A program made the translations under genes and the position numbers. Shown piece after piece: positions 47,097 to 57,421 of a DNA stretch of 64,000 bases. The notes under the pieces are model-generated. The model did no database searches and had not been told where the DNA came from. It worked only from the letters and a program-made list of their open reading frames with translations. The DNA comes from an uncultured Muribaculaceae bacterium (GTDB taxonomy: Bacteria > Cyanobacteriota > Vampirovibrionia > Gastranaerophilales > Gastranaerophilaceae). Location of the stretch: assembly GCA_964473445.1 (NCBI GenBank), contig CAYYPD010000001.1, positions 1,891-65,890 on the forward strand. Reading direction: 5' to 3'. How positions within the stretch are numbered: the stretch's first letter is position 1; each line of letters begins with the position of its first letter.

Positions 47097-47336
47097 TTAG
47101 ATAACCCCTTTGACTACTTGCTTATTGCAGTTACTTGTTGTTGCAACTTCTGCAGGAACAATCTCTTTATCTTTTATTGCTAAAAAGAAGAAAATATTTT
47201 TGTCAAATCGGATAGGATTAGCAGATCCGTTTACGTCCACAACAAAACGTCCGATACAATTCTCTTCATCTTCAGGAGATAAACCTTTACCACGGCAAGC
47301 CCAACAGTCAGAAGATTTATTCCACTGAAATGCCAC
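47097..47336 (-). pseudogene. Pilin/pseudopilin-like C-terminal fragment
   Basis: ..CIGRFVVDVNGSANPIRFDKNIFFFLAIKDKEIVP.. recalls the DVNG.K.PN..G.D.F.F motif of type II/IV pseudopilin-like proteins. The upstream 200 nt are broken by stops in all frames, and no prepilin leader is present. Confidence 0.3.
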
Positions 47337-47550
47337 TCCGTCAACTGTAATAAGAGAATTCTCCCGATTATATTGAGTCCAAACCTCGCCATGAATGTTT
47401 TATCAGTAAAACAACTTATTTTAACAAGTAATGTCGTTTGGCATCCCTTAAAGAATCTAACCGACACGATAAAAAATCCGACCCTTATATCCACTTTTTA
47501 GAGTACTCATCAGAACTAAGCAAAACCCTGGATTACCAATAATAAAACAT

Positions 47551-47580
47551 AAAAAATACCGCTTATTTAAAAGCGGTATA
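47551..47580 (-). terminator. Rho-independent terminator after pfp
   Basis: On the minus strand, TACCGCTT-TTAAAT-AAGCGGTA is followed by TTTTTT. Confidence 0.75.
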
Positions 47581-47595
47581 TATGTATCTTACAAA

Positions 47596-49275
47596 TTACA
47601 CTGTAGTTAACTTTGAACTGTTTTCAAGTTTTAAAGTTTCAGTTGTAATATCACAAACACTTGATGGGCCAAAGTATTGAATTGAACCCGGGAAAATGTA
47701 TCTGTCTTCAAGTGCCCATTTTTCTCTGTGTTCTTCTAATGCTTTGAATACAGGTCCGTTTAATTCAACCAATGCTTTTTTAATTACAGGTTTATATTGT
47801 CCGTGACGTTTTTCCATATTCATCATCATTGTTAACGGAACCCCGCCTGCAACCCATTCGGAAGCCGGAGCTGAAAGGTTCTTGACTGATGATAAATAAC
47901 CTGTTAAGCCAAACTTCATTAAAGCAAATGCGTTGAAACCTAGTGAATAGCAATAATCAGCATCAAAGTTAGAAGGAAATGCACATCGGCCTTCATAACC
48001 GAAGAAGTGGCATTGAGCTGAGAATTTACCGTTATATTTACCCTCTTTTCTCATTTCTTCTAATTTTTTGCCAACCATTTCAATTAACAATTTTTCTGTT
48101 TCAATTTTTGAAACTTGAACGTTACCGTGAGGATCTCTGTCCATTAACAATTGTTGTTTAATCATTGTAGGTAATGAAGTGTAAACTGCTGCATTTTCAG
48201 CACTCAATTCAGATTTAATAATGTTGAATTTTGTATTTTCATCAGCGGTTTTGTATGCTTCATCATTTTCTAAAACTGCTAAAACATCATTTAAGTTAGC
48301 AATCATTGATTTAATTTCAGGAATAAATTCAATTAAACCTTCAGGAATTAAAGCAATACCAAAGTTTTTACCCATTTCAGCTCTTTTTGCAATAATACCT
48401 GCCATATAATCAACGATTTGTTTTAATGACATTTTTCTTTCTTCAACTTCTTCTGAAATCAAAGTAATATTAGGTTGAGTTTGAAGAGCAACTTCAAGAC
48501 CAACGTGAGTAGCACTTCTACCCATTAATTTTACAAAGTGCCAATACTTTTTAGCAGAGTTTGCATCTCTTAAAATATTACCGATTAATTCGGCATAAGT
48601 TTTTGTAGCCGTATCAAAACCGAAAGAAATTTCTATTTGATCATTCTTTAAGTCGCCGTCAATTGTTTTCGGACATCCGATAACTTGAATACCTGTATTG
48701 TTTTTTACAAACCATTCGGCTAACAAAGCTGCATTAGTGTTTGAATCATCACCACCGATGATTACAACACCTGTAATACCTAAGTTTTTGCAAACATTTA
48801 AAGATTTTTGGAATTGTTCTTCTGTTTCAAGTTTTGTTCTTCCTGAACCGATGATATCAAATCCGCCCGTATTTCTGTAAGCATTGATTATTTCATCAGT
48901 AAATTCAATATATTTACCTTCAATAATACCGCTCGGACCACCTAAAAAACCATATAATTTGTTTTCAGAATTAGCTTGTTTTAAAGCATCATATAAACCT
49001 GCGATAACGTTATGTCCGCCGGGGGCTTGTCCGCCTGATAAAATAACGCCTATATTTCTTCTTTCGCAAGGAGTGCTTTGAGCAGATGTTTTAAAAGTAA
49101 CTACAGGTTTTCCGTATGTATTTTTAAAAAGTTCTTTAATTTGTTCTGCGTCTTTAACACATTCTGTTTTAGAGCCTTCAACCATTGTTAAGTTATTAAT
49201 TCCGCCGGCTAAAGATCTCGGAAGTTTCGGTTGATACTTTAATCTTTCAATTTGAAGTGAAGAAAGTTTTTTCAT
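47596..49275 (-). CDS. pfp: Pyrophosphate--fructose-6-phosphate 1-phosphotransferase (long PPi-PFK)
   Basis: GGDDS (Asp, not Gly, which indicates the PPi type) and PKTIDGD. 559 aa. Confidence 0.88.
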   Translation of the reverse strand: MKKLSSLQIERLKYQPKLPRSLAGGINNLTMVEGSKTECVKDAEQIKELFKNTYGKPVVTFKTSAQSTPCERRNIGVILSGGQAPGGHNVIAGLYDALKQANSENKLYGFLGGPSGIIEGKYIEFTDEIINAYRNTGGFDIIGSGRTKLETEEQFQKSLNVCKNLGITGVVIIGGDDSNTNAALLAEWFVKNNTGIQVIGCPKTIDGDLKNDQIEISFGFDTATKTYAELIGNILRDANSAKKYWHFVKLMGRSATHVGLEVALQTQPNITLISEEVEERKMSLKQIVDYMAGIIAKRAEMGKNFGIALIPEGLIEFIPEIKSMIANLNDVLAVLENDEAYKTADENTKFNIIKSELSAENAAVYTSLPTMIKQQLLMDRDPHGNVQVSKIETEKLLIEMVGKKLEEMRKEGKYNGKFSAQCHFFGYEGRCAFPSNFDADYCYSLGFNAFALMKFGLTGYLSSVKNLSAPASEWVAGGVPLTMMMNMEKRHGQYKPVIKKALVELNGPVFKALEEHREKWALEDRYIFPGSIQYFGPSSVCDITTETLKLENSSKLTTV

Positions 49276-49364
49276 GTATTACTCCGTTCTTTTTGTACTG
49301 TTTACAATAAAATTGTAACACAAAATAACAAGATACAAATTAAAACTCTCTTTACGTTTTATTA

Positions 49365-50069
49365 TTACCTTAATTCAACAATTTTTATATTTTGCTTTAA
49401 CATTTCAATTATTTCTTCAAATTCGGCATTAGAATAAGTTTTTTCATTGGCTAAATTTTCATCTTGGATTTTTGTTTTAGCTTCAAATTTTTGAAGATAA
49501 TACCTTGGAGCATTTTTGATAAGTTCGCCGATTTCTTTGAAATCTTTAATCCCAAGTTGGGATTTCATTACAGTAGTTCTAAATTCAAAATCTATATTAG
49601 AGTTAAAAAGCAGATTTATGCTATTTTGAATTTTTGATGTATCAACATTTACGCACACAATTTCTTTATACCTTGCTAAAGGGGCTTTTATATCCATTGC
49701 AACATAATCAATCAAATGCAAGTTCAAAAGTTCTTCCAAAACATAAGGATTTGAACCGTTTGTATCAAGTTTAACAAGGTATTCCAACTCTTTAACAGCC
49801 TTTATAAACGGAATTAAATCTTTTTGCAAAGTAGGTTCTCCGCCCGTAATTACAACCCCGTCTAAAATCCCTTTTCTTTTTTTTAAGAACTCAAAGAAGA
49901 CATCCGTAGAACAGATGTCTTTCTTTGAATTTACTTCTAATAAATCCGGATTATGACAGTATCCGCACCTAAAGTTGCAACCTTGAGTGAATACTATCGC
50001 ACTTATTTTATCGGGATAATCCAGTAAAGAAGTTTTTTTTAGTCCTGCTATTACGAATTGCATTCGCAC
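49365..50069 (-). CDS. nrdG: Anaerobic ribonucleoside-triphosphate reductase activating protein
   Basis: GCNFRCGYCHNP radical SAM motif. It overlaps the 3' end of nrdD. Confidence 0.9.
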   Translation of the reverse strand: MRMQFVIAGLKKTSLLDYPDKISAIVFTQGCNFRCGYCHNPDLLEVNSKKDICSTDVFFEFLKKRKGILDGVVITGGEPTLQKDLIPFIKAVKELEYLVKLDTNGSNPYVLEELLNLHLIDYVAMDIKAPLARYKEIVCVNVDTSKIQNSINLLFNSNIDFEFRTTVMKSQLGIKDFKEIGELIKNAPRYYLQKFEAKTKIQDENLANEKTYSNAEFEEIIEMLKQNIKIVELR

Positions 50070-52177
50070 GCAATCTTATCTAAATCGAAAGTTTTTCTTA
50101 CCGCAAACTCTGCACGTTTACCTTTGTTCCATTGTTGAACAGGTCTTATATAACCTACGATTCTTGAATAAATTTCGCAATCACTTCCGCATTCCGGGCA
50201 AATAGCGTGTTCACCTTTTATGTACCCGTGATTTTCACAAATACTGAACGTTGGGGAGAATGTAAAGTAGGGAAGTTTATAGTTTGTACATACTTTCTTT
50301 ACCAGATTTTTCATTGTAGTTGTATTTGATAATCTTTCACCTGCGAAGATGTGTACAACAGTTCCGCCTGTGTATTTTGTTTGAAGTTCATCTTGTAAAT
50401 CCAATAATTCAAAGATATCATCCGTATAAGTAACAGGAAGATGTGTTGAATTTGAATAGTAAGGATCTGCTCCTTGTTGGTATGCTTCTTCATTAGCACA
50501 AATGATATCCGGCATATTGCTCTTATCGAGTTTTGCTAATCTGTAGCTTGTTCCCTCTGCAGGAGTAGCTTCTAAGTTATAATTATTACCTGTTGCAATT
50601 TGGTATTCTTTAATTTTATCTCTCATAAAGTCCATAACACCAAGAGCAAACATTTGACCTTCTTCTGTTTCTAACCCTTTGCCGAACAAATTCATGCACG
50701 CTTCATTCATACCGATTAAGCCAATGGTTGAGAAGTGGTTTTTCCAATACACATTAAATCTTGCTTTAATATCTCTTAAATAAAATTTTGTATAAGGATA
50801 TAAACCTGCATCCGTTAATTTTTCAAGTAATTTTCTCTTTATTTCCAAAGAATTTTTAGCAATTTCCATTCTTTCTTCCAATAAAGTTAAGAATTCGTTT
50901 TTATCTTTTGCTAAATATGCAATTCTCGGTAAATTCATTGTGACAACACCGATAGAACCTGTTAGCGGATTAGAGCCGAATAAACCACCGCCTCTATAAG
51001 CAAGTTCTCTGTTATCAATTCTCAATCTGCAGCACATAGAACGTGCATCTTCCGGATTCATGTCTGAATTAATAAAGTTAGAGAAGTAAGGAATACCGTA
51101 CTTTGCACTCATTTCCCATAAACCTGCAATGTTAGGATTATCCCAATCAAAGTCTTTAGTAATGTTATAAGTTGGTATCGGGAAGGTGAATACTCTGCCT
51201 AAGCTGTCGCCTTCCATCATTACTTCAAAAAATGCTTTATTTATCATATCCATTTCATTTTGGAAATCCGAATATGTTTCTTCCATATATTCGCCACCGA
51301 TAATAACAGGTTGATCAGCATAGTAAGACGGTACCGTTAAATCCATTGTTACGTTTGAAAATGGAGTTTGGAAACCTACTCTGGTCGGAACATTCATATT
51401 AAAGACAAATTCTTGTAAACATTGTTTTACTTGTTCATAGTTTAATTTGTCATATCTTACAAACGGTGCAAGTAATGTATCAAAGTTAGAGAATGCTTGA
51501 GCCCCTGCACTTTCACCTTGCATTGTGTATAAGAAGTTTACCATTTGACCTAAAGCTGTTCTAAAGTGTTTTGGAGGCTTACTTGAAACTTTTCCTTTAA
51601 CACCCCTAAAACCTTCCATTAATAAATCTTTTAAATCCCAGCCCACACAATAAACAGAGATAATATTTAAGTCGTGGATATGGATATCACCGTTTAAGTG
51701 AGCATTTTTAATTTCTTCAGGGTATATTTTATTTAACCAGTAATTTTTGCTTACATTTGAAGCAATGTAGTTATTTAAACCTTGGATAGAATATGCCATG
51801 TTAGAATTTTCGTTAACTTGCCAATCTAATTGTTTTAAATAATCATCAACCATATCATTGTTTAAAGTAGAAGCAAAATCTCTGATTCTTGCTCTTTGTT
51901 CACGGTATAAAATGTATGCCTTAGCAGTTGCTGTATAGCCGAATGAATATAATGCCAATTCAACAGCATCTTGAACTTCTTCTACAGTAGGGGCTTTTAA
52001 ATTAGATTCTTTTTTATTTGCAACTTCTTGTGCCATTAAAACAACTTTTTTAGTTACTTTTGCAGCTTCGGCTTCTGAAAATTCTTTAGTTACTTTTGCG
52101 GCTTTAATAATAGCATTTTCAATTTTATTTGCATCAAATGCTACGATAGATCCGTCCCTTTTTACAATCCTATCCAT
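50051..52177 (-). CDS. nrdD: Anaerobic ribonucleoside-triphosphate reductase
   Basis: N-terminal ATP-cone (IVKRDGSIVAFD..KI), a C-terminal Zn ribbon CPECG, and the glycyl radical motif SRIVGY. The start at 52177 has AAGGAGAT upstream. The track starts at 52228. Confidence 0.92.
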   Translation of the reverse strand: MDRIVKRDGSIVAFDANKIENAIIKAAKVTKEFSEAEAAKVTKKVVLMAQEVANKKESNLKAPTVEEVQDAVELALYSFGYTATAKAYILYREQRARIRDFASTLNNDMVDDYLKQLDWQVNENSNMAYSIQGLNNYIASNVSKNYWLNKIYPEEIKNAHLNGDIHIHDLNIISVYCVGWDLKDLLMEGFRGVKGKVSSKPPKHFRTALGQMVNFLYTMQGESAGAQAFSNFDTLLAPFVRYDKLNYEQVKQCLQEFVFNMNVPTRVGFQTPFSNVTMDLTVPSYYADQPVIIGGEYMEETYSDFQNEMDMINKAFFEVMMEGDSLGRVFTFPIPTYNITKDFDWDNPNIAGLWEMSAKYGIPYFSNFINSDMNPEDARSMCCRLRIDNRELAYRGGGLFGSNPLTGSIGVVTMNLPRIAYLAKDKNEFLTLLEERMEIAKNSLEIKRKLLEKLTDAGLYPYTKFYLRDIKARFNVYWKNHFSTIGLIGMNEACMNLFGKGLETEEGQMFALGVMDFMRDKIKEYQIATGNNYNLEATPAEGTSYRLAKLDKSNMPDIICANEEAYQQGADPYYSNSTHLPVTYTDDIFELLDLQDELQTKYTGGTVVHIFAGERLSNTTTMKNLVKKVCTNYKLPYFTFSPTFSICENHGYIKGEHAICPECGSDCEIYSRIVGYIRPVQQWNKGKRAEFAVRKTFDLDKIACECNS

Positions 52178-52272
52178 AATATCTCCTTCTAAGTATTTTC
52201 CCCAAATTTTAAACTGCCTGTTCGGCATGTTTTTATTTAAGTGCGTTTTTTTATCATAACATTTTTTTTGTG

Positions 52273-52305
52273 TTTGTAAATATATAATGATGATATATTT
52301 ACAAA
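52273..52305. promoter_or_regulatory. 13-bp-arm inverted repeat upstream of nrdD
   Basis: TTTGTAAATATAT-N7-ATATATTTACAAA, about 100-130 nt upstream of the nrdD start. Confidence 0.3.
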
Positions 52306-52522
52306 AAAAATTACAATATAACTAAAACTTAAGTATAAATTGATAAAAAATATCAATTTTATTTTAACCATGCTTTTACAAAATTTTATATTTAAAAATG
52401 TCAAATTTTAATGTTTCTTTACGAACTTCTGAAACCTCACTTTTTATAATCGTTTTCAAAAATTCAAATAAATAATCAAATTTTTATTTCTAAAATAATT
52501 AAAATAAAAACAAAAAGTATTC

Positions 52523-52549
52523 AAAAAGGCGGTTATTTACCGCCTTTTT
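52523..52549. terminator. Bidirectional terminator ending the lpx-aminopeptidase operon
   Basis: AAAAAGGCGG-TTATTTA-CCGCCTTTTT. Confidence 0.8.
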
Positions 52550-52570
52550 GAATTTTATAATCCGTTTTAT

Positions 52571-53689
52571 TTAAATTAAAAACTTTCCGTTTTCATAGAT
52601 AAGAACATCATCAGCGTATATTTGACCGCCGTTTTTCATATTCTTAATTAAGTCCCAATGCAAACCTGAAACATTCTTTCCGCCAGTGTCAGGATATGAA
52701 GCACCAACTGCCATATGAATAGAACCGCCGATTTTTTGATCAAACAAAATGTTACCGGTTACATCCTGAATGTTTTCATTTGTACCGATAGCAATTTCGC
52801 CTACAAATCTTGAACCCTCATCCATATCAAACATATTATTCAAAAATTCTTCACCTTTTTCGGCTTTAGCTTCAACTACTTTACCATCGACCAAAGTCAA
52901 AAGAACTTTTTGCGCCTCATTTCCTCTGTATATTTGAGGAAAATCAAAATAAATTTGACCGTTTGCACTATCTTCAACAGGAGAAGTATAAACTTCGCCA
53001 TCGGGGAAGTTACACTCTCCGGCACAACTTTTCCAAATTCTGCCTGCAACATTGAACGTAATATCTGTTTTTTCACCAACAACACGCAATTTAGATTTTG
53101 TATTGAGGTATTCAGCTATTTTTTGTTGTTTTTCGCCAATTTCAATCCATTTTTCAACAGGATTATCAAGGTACAAATAACAAGCCTTTGTTAAAAACTC
53201 GGTATAATCATCCAACGACATGTTCGCTTCTTGAGCTAAAGCGTTTGTCGGAAAATCTGCAATGACCCATTTAAGCTCACCGTCCGCAGCCCTTTTCAGC
53301 ATTTTTGCCGATAAACTTTTCATTACGCTTGAACGTTTTGCTAATTTCTTTGAATCAAATTTTGCCATACCCTTTACATTAACGGGAGCCCCGATTGAAA
53401 TAAGATTTTTAGCTTCTTCATATTCAAGTTTTGTCATCGGATCTATATATTCAAGTTGTTCATCACTTGCATTCTTTATATAGACTTCGTTTAAGCCTTC
53501 TACTCCGACTCTTACAACAGGATGTCCGCCTTTTAACAAGACTTGCTTATATATTTCCTTTACAAGCGGTTGAGATAAAGGTGAATCTGATCTGATTATT
53601 GTAAGTTCGCCTTTTTGAACTTTAACCGAATAATCAACCAAAACTTTTGCATATTTTTCCCAAAGATTAGACATTTTATTCCTCTTCAT
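52571..53689 (-). CDS. Aminopeptidase, M29 (AmpS/PepS) family
   Basis: 372 aa with LWEKYAKVLVDYSV.V.KGE and C-terminal DGEVYTSP...G.I, GEIAIGTN and HMA.G. Confidence 0.8.
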   Translation of the reverse strand: MKRNKMSNLWEKYAKVLVDYSVKVQKGELTIIRSDSPLSQPLVKEIYKQVLLKGGHPVVRVGVEGLNEVYIKNASDEQLEYIDPMTKLEYEEAKNLISIGAPVNVKGMAKFDSKKLAKRSSVMKSLSAKMLKRAADGELKWVIADFPTNALAQEANMSLDDYTEFLTKACYLYLDNPVEKWIEIGEKQQKIAEYLNTKSKLRVVGEKTDITFNVAGRIWKSCAGECNFPDGEVYTSPVEDSANGQIYFDFPQIYRGNEAQKVLLTLVDGKVVEAKAEKGEEFLNNMFDMDEGSRFVGEIAIGTNENIQDVTGNILFDQKIGGSIHMAVGASYPDTGGKNVSGLHWDLIKNMKNGGQIYADDVLIYENGKFLI

Positions 53690-54479
53690 CTTTTATTGTA
53701 ACTTTATTACCGACATAAACGCCACGTTTTGAATTTCTGAAAAACTCAACAATTCTTTGTACGTTAACATCATCGGCAAATCTCTTTTCAATTTCTGCAA
53801 GAGTATCTGTCATTGTTGATTTTCTATATTCAATCATTTTATATACTTCTCTGATATTTTTTCTTGCTTCGGGAGAAAATCCTCTTCTCTTTAATCCGAT
53901 TGTGTTTGGACCATGAATAACAGCAGGGCGTCCGTCAGCTTTTACAAACGGCGGAATGTCCATTCTGCTTGCAGAGAAACCTGAAACAATTGTGTACTCT
54001 CCGATTGTAAGATTTTGGTGATAAACGCTCATTCCGCCTAAGAAAGCACCCTTTCCAACATGGCAATGACCACCGATTGTTGCAAGGTTAGCAAAAATTG
54101 CTTCATCATCAACAACGCAGTTGTGTGCAACGTGAGAAGAAGCCATGAATAAACATTTATTGCCGATTTTTGTGATTGCACCGTCTTCACCAGCGGCTCT
54201 GTTTATTGTTACATATTCTTTTATTATACAATCGTGTCCGATAACAACTTTTGTTTTTTGACCTGTATAACTTAAATCTTGAGGTGCGGTTCCGATACTT
54301 GCAAAAGGATATATTGTTGTATTATCACCAATTTCAGCATATTCAACATAAGCATTTGCTAAAATTTTAACATCCTCACCTAATTTAACATCTTTTCCTA
54401 TAACTACAAAAGGTCCGATTTCGCAACTTGCCGGAATTATCGCACTTTCATCAATAATGGCTGTTTTATGAATTGCCAT
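53676..54479 (-). CDS. lpxA: Acyl-ACP--UDP-N-acetylglucosamine O-acyltransferase
   Basis: IH.TAIID..A.I, hexapeptide repeats, and SHVAHNCVV. Confidence 0.9.
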   Translation of the reverse strand: MAIHKTAIIDESAIIPASCEIGPFVVIGKDVKLGEDVKILANAYVEYAEIGDNTTIYPFASIGTAPQDLSYTGQKTKVVIGHDCIIKEYVTINRAAGEDGAITKIGNKCLFMASSHVAHNCVVDDEAIFANLATIGGHCHVGKGAFLGGMSVYHQNLTIGEYTIVSGFSASRMDIPPFVKADGRPAVIHGPNTIGLKRRGFSPEARKNIREVYKMIEYRKSTMTDTLAEIEKRFADDVNVQRIVEFFRNSKRGVYVGNKVTIKDEEE

Positions 54480-54490
54480 AAACTTCTCCT

Positions 54491-54943
54491 CTATTTCTTA
54501 TCTACTATTGAAAACAATAAATCTGCTTCTACTGCCAATTGTCCACCTACAAAACCTTTTGCGTGAGCTTTTGCAATCGGTCCTCTTAATTTAACAAGTT
54601 CAGATTCCATTTCAAATCTGTCCCCGGGACGAATAACTTTTCTAAAACGAGCGTTATCAACTCCTGCATATAAAAATAATTTATCTCTATATGCTTCCAA
54701 AGGAGCTAATGCACCTGCTGACATTTGAGCTAACGCTTCAAGTTGCAATACTCCCGGCATTACAGGATTTCCGGGGAAATGTCCTGCAAAAAATGCCTCA
54801 TTAGCAGTTAAATTTTTGTATCCTTTTGAATATTTACCCGGTACGCACTCGGTAATTCTATCTACCAAAAGGAACGGATATCTGTGAGGTATCAACTCCA
54901 TTATGCCCATTATATCAAATGATAATTTTTGTTCGTCTTCCAT
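54491..54943 (-). CDS. fabZ: 3-hydroxyacyl-ACP dehydratase FabZ
   Basis: LPHRYPFLLVDRI and HFPGNPVMPGVL. Confidence 0.93.
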   Translation of the reverse strand: MEDEQKLSFDIMGIMELIPHRYPFLLVDRITECVPGKYSKGYKNLTANEAFFAGHFPGNPVMPGVLQLEALAQMSAGALAPLEAYRDKLFLYAGVDNARFRKVIRPGDRFEMESELVKLRGPIAKAHAKGFVGGQLAVEADLLFSIVDKK

Positions 54944-55749
54944 TAGTCCTCCGTCATTAATTTATCTTTCAGCGTTTTGGCTACTATAGTGTGAACAGTA
55001 TGACCTGCTTCTTTTACGATAATTTCTCCATTAAAGTTAAGAACATTGCAACCTGCAAGATAAAAATCTCCGATTAAGTCTAAAATTTTATGTTTTACGG
55101 GTTCAAATTCGGAATTAAGCTCCGTTGTATATCCGTCATCTGTTAATCCTACCGTATTTTCAAGGCTCGCACCTCTTGCATACCCTGCCTTTTGTAGCAT
55201 TTCAAGTTCATTCAAATAACCGAATGTTCTTGCATTAATAATTTCATCTAAATTATCAATATTCAAACTTACCCAGCGATTTTTTAAATCTTTGTGTTTA
55301 AAGTTTACGCTGTAAGTTACGTTCAATTTATCGGACGGAAGTACAACAAGGTGAGTCTTTCCGTTCAAATATTGAACAAGCTCTTTAATCGTTTTTGTTT
55401 TTTCATCAGGATTTTCAATGCCCGCACTTCTGAATGCTTCTACCCATTTTTTTGAACCGCCGTCTAATATCGGCAACTCGAAGTGAGTTAAATATACATC
55501 AAGTGAATCAATTTTGCATATTGCACATGCGGCCATAAAATGTTCTATAAGCATTACCTTCACTTGGGCATTACCAATAACCGTACAATGTTCCGTTGAA
55601 ACAACATTATCAATGTTTGCCTCAACAACATTATCTCCTAAGTGAAACCGAAGCCCTTTTTTATCTGACGGACAAACTTTTGCTTCACATTCTTCACCTG
55701 TCATAAGAGCTACTGATTTTAAAACAACTTCTTTTTTTATTGTACTCAT
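54943..55749 (-). CDS. lpxC: UDP-3-O-acyl-N-acetylglucosamine deacetylase
   Basis: IEHFMAA and HKILDLIGDFYLAG. 268 aa, which is on the short side. Confidence 0.85.
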   Translation of the reverse strand: MSTIKKEVVLKSVALMTGEECEAKVCPSDKKGLRFHLGDNVVEANIDNVVSTEHCTVIGNAQVKVMLIEHFMAACAICKIDSLDVYLTHFELPILDGGSKKWVEAFRSAGIENPDEKTKTIKELVQYLNGKTHLVVLPSDKLNVTYSVNFKHKDLKNRWVSLNIDNLDEIINARTFGYLNELEMLQKAGYARGASLENTVGLTDDGYTTELNSEFEPVKHKILDLIGDFYLAGCNVLNFNGEIIVKEAGHTVHTIVAKTLKDKLMTED

Positions 55750-55753
55750 AAAT

Positions 55754-56851
55754 CTAGTCCTTTAAGCTCTTTATAAAAGGTTCATATTCTTTAAATTTAG
55801 CAACTAAATCTTCTGCTTTTTTCATAACTTTCATGTGTTTAATGAAGTCTTTTCTTGGCATAGCCGGAGCACCGATTAAGATTGTCTTATCAGGGAAACT
55901 TCTTGTTACACCTGCTTTTGCCATTACTATACAATCGCTTCCGATTTCAATGTGATCAGCCATTCCGACTTGACCTGCGATAACTGTTCTGTCGCCAACT
56001 TTACAGCTTCCTGCAATACCGACTTGAGAAACAATCATACAACCTTTACCGATTTTGCAATTATGACCGATTTGAACAAGATTATCAATTTTTGTTTGTT
56101 CGCCGATTACGGTATTTTCAATTGTACCTTTATCTATACAAGTATTAGCACCGATTTCAACATCATCACCGATTACAACGGAACCGATTGACGGAATTTT
56201 AAATATTTTTTGTTCACTGTTATCTTGTTTAATACTTCCGTCTTGTCTTGCATTTTCAATATTATTCGGATTTTCTGTTACAAAACTGAAACCGTCTGCT
56301 GCAATACTTACACCGTGTTGTAAAATAACTTTGTTTCCGATTATAGCGTTATCTCCAATATTGCACCCGGGATGAAATAAGCAATTTTCACCGACTTGAA
56401 CACTTCTGCCAATGTACGTATTAGCCAATATTTTTGAATTTTTACCGATTGAAGCATTTCTGGATATAACTACATTTGGTCCGACAGATACATTTTCACC
56501 CAATTTTGCGGTCGGGTGAACAGTTGCAGTCGGATGAATACCGACACTGGATTCTGGCGGCATATAAAACAAGTGTAATAATTTCATCATAGCCAATCTC
56601 GGGCGTTCCGCTTCAATTGTTGAAATAAATTCAGAATTTACTCCGATTGGAACTAACGCTGCTTTTGCCTTTGTTTTTGCAAGATTTTCGATTTCTTCTT
56701 CATTTAACGCCAAAGCAAGTGTATGTTCATCTGCCAATAAAGGCGGACCCAATCTTGAAATTTTAACATCTTCTGCTTTTGTTAAGATACCACCGATTAT
56801 TTGTGATATTTCTTCTAATGAATACTCTGTCATTGTATCTATATCCCTCAT
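55754..56851 (-). CDS. lpxD: UDP-3-O-acylglucosamine N-acyltransferase
   Basis: Long left-handed beta-helix hexapeptide region, with [22 protein letters not shown]. The start at 56851 has AAGGA upstream. The track starts at 56902. Confidence 0.88.
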   Translation of the reverse strand: MRDIDTMTEYSLEEISQIIGGILTKAEDVKISRLGPPLLADEHTLALALNEEEIENLAKTKAKAALVPIGVNSEFISTIEAERPRLAMMKLLHLFYMPPESSVGIHPTATVHPTAKLGENVSVGPNVVISRNASIGKNSKILANTYIGRSVQVGENCLFHPGCNIGDNAIIGNKVILQHGVSIAADGFSFVTENPNNIENARQDGSIKQDNSEQKIFKIPSIGSVVIGDDVEIGANTCIDKGTIENTVIGEQTKIDNLVQIGHNCKIGKGCMIVSQVGIAGSCKVGDRTVIAGQVGMADHIEIGSDCIVMAKAGVTRSFPDKTILIGAPAMPRKDFIKHMKVMKKAEDLVAKFKEYEPFIKSLKD

Positions 56852-56907
56852 TACATTATTCCTTTTGTGTTCTATTTTAATACGTTGAGCGAAAAAACAC
56901 AAATTCG

Positions 56908-57372
56908 TTACGATTTTCGCATTTTTTCAATTATCGAAGTTGTTGATTTACCCTCTACAAATGAGATAAATTCAATTCTTCCGCCTGCTGCTATTATTCC
57001 TTTTGCTTCCGGTAATGACTCTATTGTATAATCCGCCCCTTTTGTATGGACATCAGGTTTTATTCTTAAAAGTAAATCAATCGGAGAATCTTCATCAAAC
57101 AGAACAACATAGTCAACACTTCTTAAAGCACTCAACACTTCTGCCCTGTCATTTTCATTATTAATAGGACGACTTTCTCCCTTTATACTTTTTACGGATT
57201 TATCCGAATTAAGAGCAACAATCAAAACATCGCCGAAACTTTTTGCTTTTTCTAAATATCTTACATGCCCGACGTGCAATATATCAAAGCATCCGTTTGT
57301 TGTAACAATTGTCTTATGCTCAGTTCTTAATTTTTTTAATAAATCATCTAATTCATTTTGTTTAACTAACAT
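56908..57372 (-). CDS. hldC: D-glycero-beta-D-manno-heptose 1-phosphate adenylyltransferase (RfaE domain II only)
   Basis: [21 protein letters not shown]...KG..RP and KG.DY. 154 aa with no kinase domain. Confidence 0.85.
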   Translation of the reverse strand: MLVKQNELDDLLKKLRTEHKTIVTTNGCFDILHVGHVRYLEKAKSFGDVLIVALNSDKSVKSIKGESRPINNENDRAEVLSALRSVDYVVLFDEDSPIDLLLRIKPDVHTKGADYTIESLPEAKGIIAAGGRIEFISFVEGKSTTSIIEKMRKS

Positions 57373-57381
57373 TTTTACTCC

Positions 57382-57413
57382 AAAAAATGCAGGATAAGTA
57401 TATTATCCTGCAT
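57382..57413 (-). terminator. Rho-independent terminator after the PPIase gene
   Basis: On the minus strand, ATGCAGGATA-N7-TATCCTGCAT is followed by TTTTTT. Confidence 0.7.
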
Positions 57414-57421
57414 TATAAAAA

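Noticed and set aside
47506-47513. A CUGAUGAG box on the minus strand that could mark a hammerhead ribozyme.
   Set aside because: There is no properly placed GAAA, no stem II/III pairing and no cleavage-site context around it. An isolated 8-mer is expected by chance.
52273-52359. NrdR boxes upstream of nrdD.
   Set aside because: The palindromes do not match the acaCwAtATaTwGtgt-type box as I remember it. Their centre-to-centre spacing of about 59 bp is not the usual ~31-32 bp tandem arrangement.
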